From assembly GCF_008189405.1 (NCBI RefSeq), contig NZ_CP043316.1:558258-622257 (forward strand): a stretch of DNA of 64,000 bases, written 5' to 3'. The position numbers and the translations under genes were made by a program. This DNA comes from Candidatus Cytomitobacter primus. GTDB lineage: Bacteria; Pseudomonadota; Alphaproteobacteria; CAJXXZ01; 1604HC. Of this stretch, positions 30,511-40,304 are shown one piece after another. The first letter of the stretch is position 1, and each line of letters opens with the position of its first letter. The notes under the pieces were generated by a model. That model saw only the letters and a list, made by a program, of their open reading frames with translations. It did no database searches and was not told the DNA's origin.

Positions 30511-30945
30511 ATGTGAGTTCAATTGCTAAGAGAGATTGATAATCAAGCGCCTATTTTACAGCAATATATATTATCAAAATCGTTTGTTTGCATAATTAAT
30601 CATATTTTTATAAAACTAATTTGCCTCAAATTTATATAATAATCTATCAATATAGAATTACAAATTAAGCATAGAACAATAAAGCAAGTTGATAGTATTG
30701 ATATACATTATAGATTAGTACAATGGAAGGTCTCTAATATAATTTTTGATTATGACTATTAGCATATTACCAATATGTTTGGCCATGAATAAATTATAGC
30801 TAATATATCAATGATTATCATAATTTTAATATTATATGAAATTATTAGCATATATTCACAAGTATATAACAGATTTATACAAATACGATATTAAATTATT
30901 ACTTAACTGTACATGAAAATATTACTATAAAAAGCATTGCTTCAA

Positions 30946-32514
30946 TCAAATAGAAAGTGCAGCTTTAATTAGATTATCAAATAATGGATGTGCTCCATCT
31001 ATATGAGTTTGGAATTCTGGATGAAATTGAACTCCAACATAAAATGGATGATCAGTAATTTCAAACCCTTCAAGTAATGTATAATCTGGAGACCAAGCTG
31101 ATAAATTGAAAAATTTCTCCAAATGCACTTTATAGTGCAAATGATTCACTTCATATCTGTGTCTATGCCTCTCAGATGCTAAACCATTGATTAATCTGCC
31201 AGAGCTTTCATACATATCATGAATTCTACCAGAAAGCTTACATGGGTATGCCCCCAATCTCATGGTTCCACCTTTCACGTTTTCCATACATTCATCAATT
31301 AATCCGATTGCTGGATTAACAATATTTTTCTTGAACTCAGAAGAATAAGTATCAATCTTAGCTATATTACGCAACCCTTCTATAACCATCAGCTGCATTC
31401 CTAAGCAAATCCCCAAACATGGAATCTTATTTTCTCTAGCAAATTGTAAAGCAGCAATTTTCCCTTCCACTCCACGCTCACCAAATCCACCAGGAACGAT
31501 AATGCAATTATATTTTGTCAAATCTTGCACATCTAGTTCATCTGAACTAATTGCAGTAATTTCAACATCAGATTTATACTGAACACCAGCATGTTTTATT
31601 GCCTCAATTACTGAACAATAAGAATCATTTATTTTATCGTACTTTGTAATCAAAGCTAATTTTACCTTATTATCGTATTGGAAATATGGCATGCTAAGCT
31701 GCTTGTACTCACATTTTACTCCAAAAAATTCACAAATTCTTTGATCTAATTTATCATCATAATACTGTTCTAATACATCGTACAAAGAATCTTGATCCCA
31801 AGCTGGAAATACCATATTCTCATCTAAATTAGCAAATAATGCTATTTTCTTTTTCCATGATTGATCATCATATTTTTGAGATCTACATAAAATTATGTCT
31901 GGCTTAATACCAAATCTTTGTAACTCACTCACTGAATGTTGAATAGGCTTTGTTTTGAATTCTTTTGATTTGCTTAAAAATGGCATCAATCCAATATGCA
32001 AATAAAGCACATCATAATTTCTTGATTTCTGCCTAATACTCTCTAAAAATGGCAATCCTTCCATATCACCTATAGTCCCACCAATCTCACAAATCAAGAA
32101 ATCAGTATCTTCATCTATGTTAGCTGTAATCTTCTCTGAAATCATGGATGTAATATGTGGGATAATCTGTACTGTTTCCCCTAAATAGTCACCTTTTCTT
32201 TCAGCATTAATAACTTCTAGAAAAATCTGACCAGACGTAATGTAGTCGTCTTTTGTACACTTAATCCCTACGAAACGCTCGTAATTTCCTATATCCATAT
32301 CAGTTTCTGTACCATCTTCTGTGACAAAAACTTCCCCATGTTGATCAGGGCTTAGAGTTCCAGCATCAACATTTAGGTATGGCTCTAATTTCCTCATTCG
32401 AACTTTGAATCCACGTTTTCTAAGCAATAAAGCAACCATAGAAGCAGTCACACCTTTTCCAAGTGATGACATAACTCCCCCGGTTACAAATATAATTTTC
32501 AATTTCGACTTCAT
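30946..32514 (-). CDS. pyrG: CTP synthase
   Basis: 522 aa. N-terminal KIIFVTGGVMSSLGKGVTASMVALLL. Glutamine amidotransferase GxCxG block LGICLGMQL. Confidence 0.85.
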   Translation of the reverse strand: MKSKLKIIFVTGGVMSSLGKGVTASMVALLLRKRGFKVRMRKLEPYLNVDAGTLSPDQHGEVFVTEDGTETDMDIGNYERFVGIKCTKDDYITSGQIFLEVINAERKGDYLGETVQIIPHITSMISEKITANIDEDTDFLICEIGGTIGDMEGLPFLESIRQKSRNYDVLYLHIGLMPFLSKSKEFKTKPIQHSVSELQRFGIKPDIILCRSQKYDDQSWKKKIALFANLDENMVFPAWDQDSLYDVLEQYYDDKLDQRICEFFGVKCEYKQLSMPYFQYDNKVKLALITKYDKINDSYCSVIEAIKHAGVQYKSDVEITAISSDELDVQDLTKYNCIIVPGGFGERGVEGKIAALQFARENKIPCLGICLGMQLMVIEGLRNIAKIDTYSSEFKKNIVNPAIGLIDECMENVKGGTMRLGAYPCKLSGRIHDMYESSGRLINGLASERHRHRYEVNHLHYKVHLEKFFNLSAWSPDYTLLEGFEITDHPFYVGVQFHPEFQTHIDGAHPLFDNLIKAALSI

Positions 32515-32523
32515 AATACAATC

Positions 32524-33009
32524 CTATTTTTCTTTATTAATACTTTCAGAATTATTTTTACTTGATTCACTATATTGCTTCTGTTCTGATTTGTTTTCTT
32601 TTGTATTTTCTATAATATCACTATTTTTTCCTATAGTATTACTATTGCTTTTTATTTCACTAATAGAAGCTTTATCAATGTCTCCAGAAGAAGTATTATC
32701 TATATGCTCAATATTACTATCAGCAATATCATTAGTATTATTAGCACTATTTTCAGAAATACTTTCAGAACTAAATTCTTTATTTAATGCAATTTTCTCT
32801 TTTTTGATCATAATTCCAATTATTAAACATAAAGATATAAATATAACATATAAAGTATATGTTGATTTTGTCAAAAATGTAGACATTGCCCTAGGAGTCA
32901 TAAATTGAGACTGGCTCATACTTACAGAATCTTCACCTTTTTGCAAAAATATTAAAATGGATAGGCTCAATACTACTACCAAGTAAATGGACCAAATAAA
33001 ACTTAACAT
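32524..33009 (-). CDS. secG: preprotein translocase subunit SecG with low-complexity C-terminal extension
   Basis: 161 aa. Two TM helices and a Gly/Ser-rich loop typical of SecG. Adjacent to pyrG, as is usual in alphaproteobacteria. The Ser/Asn-rich tail is not typical. Confidence 0.55.
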   Translation of the reverse strand: MLSFIWSIYLVVVLSLSILIFLQKGEDSVSMSQSQFMTPRAMSTFLTKSTYTLYVIFISLCLIIGIMIKKEKIALNKEFSSESISENSANNTNDIADSNIEHIDNTSSGDIDKASISEIKSNSNTIGKNSDIIENTKENKSEQKQYSESSKNNSESINKEK

Positions 33010-33097
33010 TCCTACATTTTACAGAAAATTCAAAACCTTAGCAATTGAATAATATGAATTCATAATCATTATTACAAACTGAGGTAACCATCATTAT

Positions 33098-34432
33098 TTA
33101 TTGAGATTTCCTGAATATTTCTAATTGTTTTATAAGATCAGAATATGGTGCTGGAGCATCTTGCTCTACGAACCACTCTTTAAGTTTGTCTAAGTATTTC
33201 TTCACACCAGGACCAGAAGGCAAATGCATGATATTCATTACATCATTTCCAGAAAAATGAAATAAATTCTTCTTCCATGGCTCCAAGAATTGTAAGTCAT
33301 CTAATGCGCCTTTTAAAATAAATCCATCATTCCATAAATCACTTGGAACTTCATTAATCCACTTAATGTAATCAGATTTCTCTTTCATTACATTTACATT
33401 TCTAAGTAATTTGATATTTTTTTTCTGCAAATTTGACAGCTTTACATTCTCAATACTACCATCAAAAGAAGCAAATTTCGCTAGAGCTGAAGACTTTAAA
33501 TTCATTGCTTTTTCTTTTACAATAATATTTTCTAACACATCAAAATTTGGTTTTGGGAAATCACAATGTTCCCAAATATTAATATCATCCATTAATCTAA
33601 GAGTAGAAATAAAATTACACGCATCTAATAACTTCATCATTTCATTAATACATCTTTCTCGTGCAATCTTTTGCAAATTCTGCACATATTTCTTACATGC
33701 ATGCAATGATTCAAAGTCATAATTCTTACCATAATGAGCCAGAAAACGGAAAAATCTAAGAATACGCAAATAATCTTCTTGGATTCTTAAATCTGGATCT
33801 CCAATAAATCTAATCATCCCTTTTTTTATATCATCCAGACCACCAACGAAATCATAAATTTTGCCATTGATATCTGCATATAGCGCATTGATTGTTAGAT
33901 CACGCCTTTTAGCATCTTCTTCCCATGATTTGGAAAATTCTACTTGAGCATGGCGTCCATCTGTATCAATGTCTACACGTAAAGTTGTGACTTCAAAAAC
34001 ATCACCATCCATCACACATGTAACAGTCCCATGCTGTAATCCTGTTGGAATGACTTTAAATCCTGCTTTTTTTGCTAATCTCATTACTTCTTCAGGCAAT
34101 AACGGGGTTGCTAAATCTACTTCATCATTTAAACCTTTGCCAATCATTGAATTACGAACACAACCTCCAACAGCCATACACGGATCCAATACTTTCATCA
34201 GTTTCTGTAAATTACTATTTTGGAGCCAATCCATCAAATTACCTTTTCTCCCATTGCCTTTGCTATCATCATTTTTGCTATTACTGCTTCTCCTATCATT
34301 ACTTTTTCCATTAAATTCATATTTTTCTATCCAATGCATTAATTCGCATGAAATTGTAAAAGTTAGTAGTGGTAATATTTGCGAATTCATTTTCATCAAT
34401 ACCTTTAAGCTCGGCAATATATTTACCAACAT
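33098..34432 (-). CDS. cca: CCA tRNA nucleotidyltransferase / poly(A) polymerase family
   Basis: 444 aa. PolyA_pol head (GGCVRNSMIGK...DVDLAT) and RDLTINALY motif. Ser/Asn/Lys-rich N-terminal insert. The true start is probably an internal Met, because the ORF overlaps the tatD 3' end by ~115 nt. Confidence 0.7.
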   Translation of the reverse strand: MLVNILPSLKVLMKMNSQILPLLTFTISCELMHWIEKYEFNGKSNDRRSSNSKNDDSKGNGRKGNLMDWLQNSNLQKLMKVLDPCMAVGGCVRNSMIGKGLNDEVDLATPLLPEEVMRLAKKAGFKVIPTGLQHGTVTCVMDGDVFEVTTLRVDIDTDGRHAQVEFSKSWEEDAKRRDLTINALYADINGKIYDFVGGLDDIKKGMIRFIGDPDLRIQEDYLRILRFFRFLAHYGKNYDFESLHACKKYVQNLQKIARERCINEMMKLLDACNFISTLRLMDDINIWEHCDFPKPNFDVLENIIVKEKAMNLKSSALAKFASFDGSIENVKLSNLQKKNIKLLRNVNVMKEKSDYIKWINEVPSDLWNDGFILKGALDDLQFLEPWKKNLFHFSGNDVMNIMHLPSGPGVKKYLDKLKEWFVEQDAPAPYSDLIKQLEIFRKSQ

Positions 34433-35090
34433 GTGAAACGTATGCTGGTTCGTTTGATTTACCTCTATATGGAGCAGGGGCTAGGTATGGAGAATCAGTT
34501 TCAATAAGGATTCGATCTAATGGTACAAATCTTGCTACTTCTCTAACATGCTCTGCATTTTTAAATGTAATAATGCCTGAAAAAGAAATCATCCAACCTA
34601 AATCTAAAATATTCTTCGCAAATTCCAATGTTCCTGTATAACAGTGTCCAATTCCCCTTACATTATATTTTCTTAGCAAATCTAATGTTAAATCTTCTGC
34701 CTCTCTCATATGTAAAACCAAAGGTAAATCATGTTTTTCTGCATGAACAAGTTGCACTTCAAAGCCTGGAATCTGCTTATTAATATCACTACCTTTAAAG
34801 CTATCCAATCCAGCTTCACCAATTGCAATAATATTTTTCTTACCAATCCATTTAGTTAAATAATTATCAATTTCATTAACCTGGCCAATTTTATCATCTA
34901 ATGGATGCACGCCAACAGAAAACCATATATTATCTCGTAAATATGCATATGATTTATCTAATGTATTCGTTGTAGTGCTAATGCTCATTGCTCCAATAAC
35001 ATCATGATTTTTCATGTTTGACATTACTTTCTCTATATCTTTACTCATAGGCTCGTAATCTAAATGGCAATGGCTATCTATCCAGTTCAT
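34317..35090 (-). CDS. tatD: TatD family metal-dependent hydrolase
   Basis: 257 aa. N-terminal IDSHCHLD and downstream His/Glu/Asp ligands typical of TatD DNases. Confidence 0.75.
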   Translation of the reverse strand: MNWIDSHCHLDYEPMSKDIEKVMSNMKNHDVIGAMSISTTTNTLDKSYAYLRDNIWFSVGVHPLDDKIGQVNEIDNYLTKWIGKKNIIAIGEAGLDSFKGSDINKQIPGFEVQLVHAEKHDLPLVLHMREAEDLTLDLLRKYNVRGIGHCYTGTLEFAKNILDLGWMISFSGIITFKNAEHVREVARFVPLDRILIETDSPYLAPAPYRGKSNEPAYVSHVGKYIAELKGIDENEFANITTTNFYNFMRINALDRKI

Positions 35091-35249
35091 TGATCAAATT
35101 GTAACGTTACCATACAATTCCATCAATAGAATACAGAGATTTACATTTTCTTTTGCATTTATTTTTATATTGCTTAAAATTGTAAACTATACTTCTTTTC
35201 ACCTTAGCAACCTTGTGTTTATTTATAATACAAGTGTAAAATTAGTTAT

Positions 35250-35320
35250 GGCCGAGTGGCAGAATGGTTTATGCAGAGGATTGCAAATCCTTTTATGTCG
35301 GTTCGATTCCGGTCTCGGCC
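35250..35320 (+). tRNA. tRNA-Cys (anticodon GCA)
   Basis: Hand-folded cloverleaf. Acceptor stem GGCCGAG/CTCGGCC, anticodon stem GAGGA/TCCTT with loop TTGCAAA, T-loop TTCGATT. 71 nt with discriminator T at 35321. CCA is not encoded. Confidence 0.75.
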
Positions 35321-35398
35321 TTACCTAATCTTATAGCAAACGCTATAGTTAGCTTCACCTTATAGCGGATACTGTGGTTATATATTAGAATATAGTAG

Positions 35399-36088
35399 AT
35401 GAAAAAGGTTTATGTATATTCTTTAATATTAAATATAGCATTGCTAATCATAATGTTAAATGAATGTATAAAATGCTCTAATGCTAGTTTTAATGTAGAA
35501 AAACAGCATGCATTATTGAAAAAGAATAAACAAGACCAAACATATATACTACAAACCCAACCACAATGGCAAAAGCATGCCGCAATAGACCCAAAATTAA
35601 TTTATGCGTGGTTCTTCGAAAGAAATATTAATCTCTCAGTATTAAGTGAAAATACAAATAGTGAATATAAAACATATAATATTAAGTTAGAATGCTATGC
35701 ACAAAACCAAAACACAACAATAGAAATTCTGAAAAACCTACCATTTGGTAATTTTTTATTTTATGAGATTAATGCAAAAGGTAAGAAAATCACAATCACA
35801 GGGTCTATCACTTTTAGCAATATGCTTCCTCCACAAAAATTGCAACTAAATAATAATATTGATGATATTGTATTAAAGTTACAAGGAATTATCAAAACGC
35901 AAAATAATTGGCAAATTTGTCTAAATGGCATTTGGATAAGCAAGCATGACAAAATTCCATGGAGTATTAAGATAATAGATGTTCAATACAATCAAATCAA
36001 AATAATATGGAATTCATTTGGAAAAGAAAAAATGAATATAGTCCAATTAGGGCATGAAATTAAATTAGAGCATGATTGTAAATTCTAG
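35399..36088 (+). CDS. hypothetical secreted protein
   Basis: 229 aa. N-terminal hydrophobic signal (MKKVYVYSLILNIALLIIML). Asn/Lys-rich. No recognisable domain. Confidence 0.4.
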   Translation: MKKVYVYSLILNIALLIIMLNECIKCSNASFNVEKQHALLKKNKQDQTYILQTQPQWQKHAAIDPKLIYAWFFERNINLSVLSENTNSEYKTYNIKLECYAQNQNTTIEILKNLPFGNFLFYEINAKGKKITITGSITFSNMLPPQKLQLNNNIDDIVLKLQGIIKTQNNWQICLNGIWISKHDKIPWSIKIIDVQYNQIKIIWNSFGKEKMNIVQLGHEIKLEHDCKF

Positions 36089-36252
36089 TTTGGTACATTC
36101 TCATAATATGATTGATTTTCTAATGCTGCAGATGTGCACGCTACTTAATCAATTATTTTACCAACTTATCAATCAGTTGATCAGTACATTATTTGAGCTA
36201 ACCACTAAAACTGCACTAACCATAACCTGCATCAACGTGGAAATATAAATAT

Positions 36253-38277
36253 ATGCCAAATGTGTCACTTAAATTTGATGTGCTACTTCCATATTCATGG
36301 ACAAATGATGAACTATATACTTACAAATCAAATAAGCAAATAGAACCAGGAACACTTGTAAGCATTCCTATACAAAACAGAGAAATAATTGGATTGGTAA
36401 TACGAAGATCAAGTGACAATAATTGTGTGAAAAATCTTAAAGAAGTAAAAGAAGTTCTAAATTATCACTTAAATGCAAAAACTATAAAATGGATGAATAT
36501 TGCAAGTAAGTACACATTAATACCTATGCACCAAATATTAAAAATGATTCTTGTTTCATATAAAAATAATAAGCCTGGGTATTTTGAAACAAACATAATT
36601 ATAAATAATTTAGAGCCTGGCAAATATCCTTTAGAAATGCTTAAAACTAATTGGATAAAACTAAAAAAAATGATTAAGGAAGGAGAAATATCTGAAACTA
36701 AATTTCCAACTTCTTCAATCCCAATAGATGCAGATTTCTTTTCAGATGATCAAATATATGCAATTAATCAAATTAATCATATGGCAAATCAACATCATAT
36801 TATCACATTACAAGGATCAACAGGGTCTGGAAAAACAAATGTATATTTTGAAGCAATTGCCAAAGCTTTAGAGCAAAAAAAGCAAGTTCTTGTTCTTGTT
36901 CCTGAAATTTCATTAACATCTCAATTAATTGAGCGATTTCATGATCGTTTCAAAGTATACCCATATAGGTGGTATAATTCATGCAAACAACCAATATGGG
37001 ATTGGGCATCAAAAGAAGAGTCAGGTGTTTTAATTGGAGTACGTTCAGCATTATGGGCTCCATTTAATAATCTAGGATTAATTATTGTAGATGAGGAGCA
37101 TTCTACAACCTACAAACAAGAAAATGGACCACGGTACAATGCGAAAGATATAGCAATACTAAAAGCAAAGTCTGAAAATATTCCAATCATTCTTGTATCT
37201 GCCACTCCTTCATTAGAAACACTACATAATATACAAACAAGCAATTATAAACATATTCAATTAACTAGAACTATTCCACATAAGCTCAATATCCAACTAG
37301 TCAAAACAAAAACATGGATGTCTACAGAATTACAAAAGCATATCCAAATTACTTTAAATAAAAAAGAGCAAGTGATGTTATTCTTGAACCGTAAAGGCTT
37401 TTCAACGCATATATATTGCAGTACTTGCTCAAACAGACTGCTATGCAAAGCATGTACTGCTGGATTAATTTTCCATAAAAGCAACCATACACATTGTAGC
37501 TATTGCGCACAGAAAAGTGATTTACCTAGCGCTTGCCCTGAATGTAAAGCAGAAGATTCATGGAAATTTTATGGGCTTGGGATTGAAAAAATACATGAAA
37601 ATATACAAAAGCTATTTCCAAATAATATTGTATCTATTCTGAGTAGTGATACAACCGAAGTAATAGATGAAACAATGCACAAAATGGAAAATAGTGAGAT
37701 TGATATTTTAATCGGAACGCAAATATTAGCTCAAGGATGCCATTTCCCAAATCTAACATTGGTTGGGATAGTGCAGGGAGATATTGGAATTCATTCGGGG
37801 GACATTAGAAATACAGAGAGAATGTACCAATTAATTTCACAGGTAAAAGGGAGATGTGGGCGAGCGGATAAACCTGGCACTGTAATAATTCAAACTAGTG
37901 ATGATTCTCACCCGCTTTTACATGCAATAGCCCATGAGAATGTAGATCATTGGCTTGAGCAAGAATTACAAATTAGAAAACAGCATAATCTCCCTCCATT
38001 TAGCAGAATTATTCGTATCATTATAAGTTCAAAATCTGCTGCATTAACTGAAAAAATTGCTCTCAGTATTCACAAACCTAAAATTCCAGGAATTGAAATA
38101 ATGGGACCTGCACCTGCACAGTTATACAAGTATAATAATGATTATCGATGGTCATTTTTAATACAATATAATAAAAAGTCATTCCCACAGCTACAAATAA
38201 GCAAGTGGATTCAATCTATGAAATTACCAAAAAATATTAAGCTTACTATTGATGTAGATCCTCAAAGTTTCTTTTAA
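36253..38277 (+). CDS. priA: primosomal protein N' (PriA helicase)
   Basis: 674 aa. Walker A GSTGSGKT, DEEH box IIVDEEHS. Cys clusters (CSTCSN...CKAC...CSYC...CPEC) of the PriA zinc-finger insert. Confidence 0.85.
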   Translation: MPNVSLKFDVLLPYSWTNDELYTYKSNKQIEPGTLVSIPIQNREIIGLVIRRSSDNNCVKNLKEVKEVLNYHLNAKTIKWMNIASKYTLIPMHQILKMILVSYKNNKPGYFETNIIINNLEPGKYPLEMLKTNWIKLKKMIKEGEISETKFPTSSIPIDADFFSDDQIYAINQINHMANQHHIITLQGSTGSGKTNVYFEAIAKALEQKKQVLVLVPEISLTSQLIERFHDRFKVYPYRWYNSCKQPIWDWASKEESGVLIGVRSALWAPFNNLGLIIVDEEHSTTYKQENGPRYNAKDIAILKAKSENIPIILVSATPSLETLHNIQTSNYKHIQLTRTIPHKLNIQLVKTKTWMSTELQKHIQITLNKKEQVMLFLNRKGFSTHIYCSTCSNRLLCKACTAGLIFHKSNHTHCSYCAQKSDLPSACPECKAEDSWKFYGLGIEKIHENIQKLFPNNIVSILSSDTTEVIDETMHKMENSEIDILIGTQILAQGCHFPNLTLVGIVQGDIGIHSGDIRNTERMYQLISQVKGRCGRADKPGTVIIQTSDDSHPLLHAIAHENVDHWLEQELQIRKQHNLPPFSRIIRIIISSKSAALTEKIALSIHKPKIPGIEIMGPAPAQLYKYNNDYRWSFLIQYNKKSFPQLQISKWIQSMKLPKNIKLTIDVDPQSFF

Positions 38278-38345
38278 ATTACTTAAGGTTTCTTTTAAGT
38301 TATTTAGAACCTAGTGTTGTTAACGTTCTATATATACACTATAAT

Positions 38346-39119
38346 GTGTATATGAATAGGATAGTAATTATATCTACATTAATAGCAGTGATGCAAATTT
38401 CTTCCATGAATCAAAGTATGATAGAAGAATATACAGTGTTTCACAATGCTATGCAAGCTGTATGTGAATCTGCTACAAGATTAAAGGTACAAGAAAAAGA
38501 ATTACATGCAAAGTTAGATACATCACAAAGCAAAGAAGAGGAAATGCAGTTATTGCGCGATGAAAATGAGCAGTTGAAAGCAACAATCAATCAATTACAG
38601 CAGAGTGATACTGATAGCAAATCTAAAGAAAATGTAAAAGAAGCAAAAGAACTACGCGCCGCATTATCTCAATGGAAAACAAAAACAAAAGCAGCAAATA
38701 AGAATCTAAATGAAGAGCAAATAACATCTAAAACCTTAAGGGATCATTTATCAAAAATAAACAAAGACTTGCTTGGTTCACAAACTGCATTTAAAGATCT
38801 ACAAATCAAATTTAATAGTAATGATGTTGATTTACGTAACAAAAATAAAGAATTAGCAAATGAAAATAATAAATTAAAAGAACACGTTGCACAACTTCAA
38901 TCATCTTTCAATGAGAACCATGAACTCATAGATACATTAGAAAGGCAAACACAAATGCAACACGATGCATTTAATAGTTTAAAAAAACAAGAGGAAGAAT
39001 TAAGAGACAGATTTAGAAAGTTATACCATGATAACAAAATAGCACAATCAGAAAAAGCAGAATTACAAAGCATAATTGAGAAATTGCAGGACACAAATAA
39101 AGAAGAGACTGATAAGTAA
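38346..39119 (+). CDS. coiled-coil protein of unknown function (possible signal peptide)
   Basis: 257 aa. N-terminal hydrophobic segment, then continuous heptad-like Gln/Glu/Lys/Leu-rich sequence. Confidence 0.4.
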   Translation: MYMNRIVIISTLIAVMQISSMNQSMIEEYTVFHNAMQAVCESATRLKVQEKELHAKLDTSQSKEEEMQLLRDENEQLKATINQLQQSDTDSKSKENVKEAKELRAALSQWKTKTKAANKNLNEEQITSKTLRDHLSKINKDLLGSQTAFKDLQIKFNSNDVDLRNKNKELANENNKLKEHVAQLQSSFNENHELIDTLERQTQMQHDAFNSLKKQEEELRDRFRKLYHDNKIAQSEKAELQSIIEKLQDTNKEETDK

Positions 39120-39397
39120 TTAATGCATATGTAATATATATAAGATCATATGAAAAACGAATCTAAAATCACATGAAGCATAACTTAAATTAGTTCTACT
39201 TAATTAAGAGACCTAACTATTGATTATAAAATCACACAACTTATTAACTGAATTATATTTACTTAATATGTTAAAACCATTACTACTCAGAACACAAACA
39301 CTACATCGCTATATATTATATATACTTATAACATATCGTCTTATATAGCATTTATTATATTATGAATTCACTAAATATAAACTTTATTAATTATAAA

Positions 39398-40144
39398 TTA
39401 TAACTTGCTTGATTTTTTATTTTTCTTCTTAGTGCTTACTGTAATATCCAATAGCATTTTATCTTTAACATATGTATAAAGCTCTTCATAAAGCTCTTCA
39501 GAATGATCAGAAAAATAATGATCAGACCCATTAATGCATTTGTAGTCAATAAATGCATTTTTCTGACATGATAATAGATCAGGCAATGATGAAACAAACT
39601 CTGCATCTACTGTATGGTCATGCTCTCCAACTATGAACATTCCATTAGGGCAAGGAGTTAACATGTTCAAGTTTTCACTTTCTTTAGGAGGACTGATTGC
39701 AATAAAACCATTAATGTTAGGTCTCCTCATTACAGTTTTCATGCAAACCAATCCACCAAAACCAAAACCTGCCACCCATACATTTGCTAAATTATCATGT
39801 TTATCTAATAGCCAATCTATTGCATCAAGGGCATCATCAACTTCTCCTACTCCTTTATCATATTCTCCTTGAGATCTACCAACACCTCTAAAGTTAATTC
39901 TTAACACATCAAAATCTAATTCTATAAATGCATTACCTATAACTTTTACAATTTTATTATTCATTGATCCGCCATGTATTGGATCTGGATGCAGTATAAG
40001 AACAACAGATTTATTATGGAAACTACTTACATCATGTTGATAATATTTCGCATCAATAGCTCCATGCTTTCTTTGGATCATAATATCAGAATATTTTTTA
40101 ACAGACTTCGAATCCTTATTAACAACCATAAACACCTTTAACAA
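39398..40144 (-). CDS. alpha/beta-hydrolase fold protein
   Basis: 248 aa. Nucleophile elbow GFGFGG and upstream HPDPIHGGSM region typical of small alpha/beta hydrolases of the COG2945 type. Confidence 0.5.
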   Translation of the reverse strand: MLKVFMVVNKDSKSVKKYSDIMIQRKHGAIDAKYYQHDVSSFHNKSVVLILHPDPIHGGSMNNKIVKVIGNAFIELDFDVLRINFRGVGRSQGEYDKGVGEVDDALDAIDWLLDKHDNLANVWVAGFGFGGLVCMKTVMRRPNINGFIAISPPKESENLNMLTPCPNGMFIVGEHDHTVDAEFVSSLPDLLSCQKNAFIDYKCINGSDHYFSDHSEELYEELYTYVKDKMLLDITVSTKKKNKKSSKL

Positions 40145-40304
40145 TTAGCATAACAAAATACACTCCCACATTTTAACAATTAATTCATACTCAATCAAGC
40201 TTTTGATTGACATTTAAATAATAATTAAATATTCAAACTGTGCAGCCAATATATTTTTATATTGTGTAATATATTTTCTAAATGCACATGTGTACGCTTG
40301 CTGA

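Noticed and set aside
32405-32908. 167-aa + strand ORF rich in Leu/Ser/Phe
   Set aside because: Antisense to pyrG/secG over a low-complexity region. Compositional artefact.
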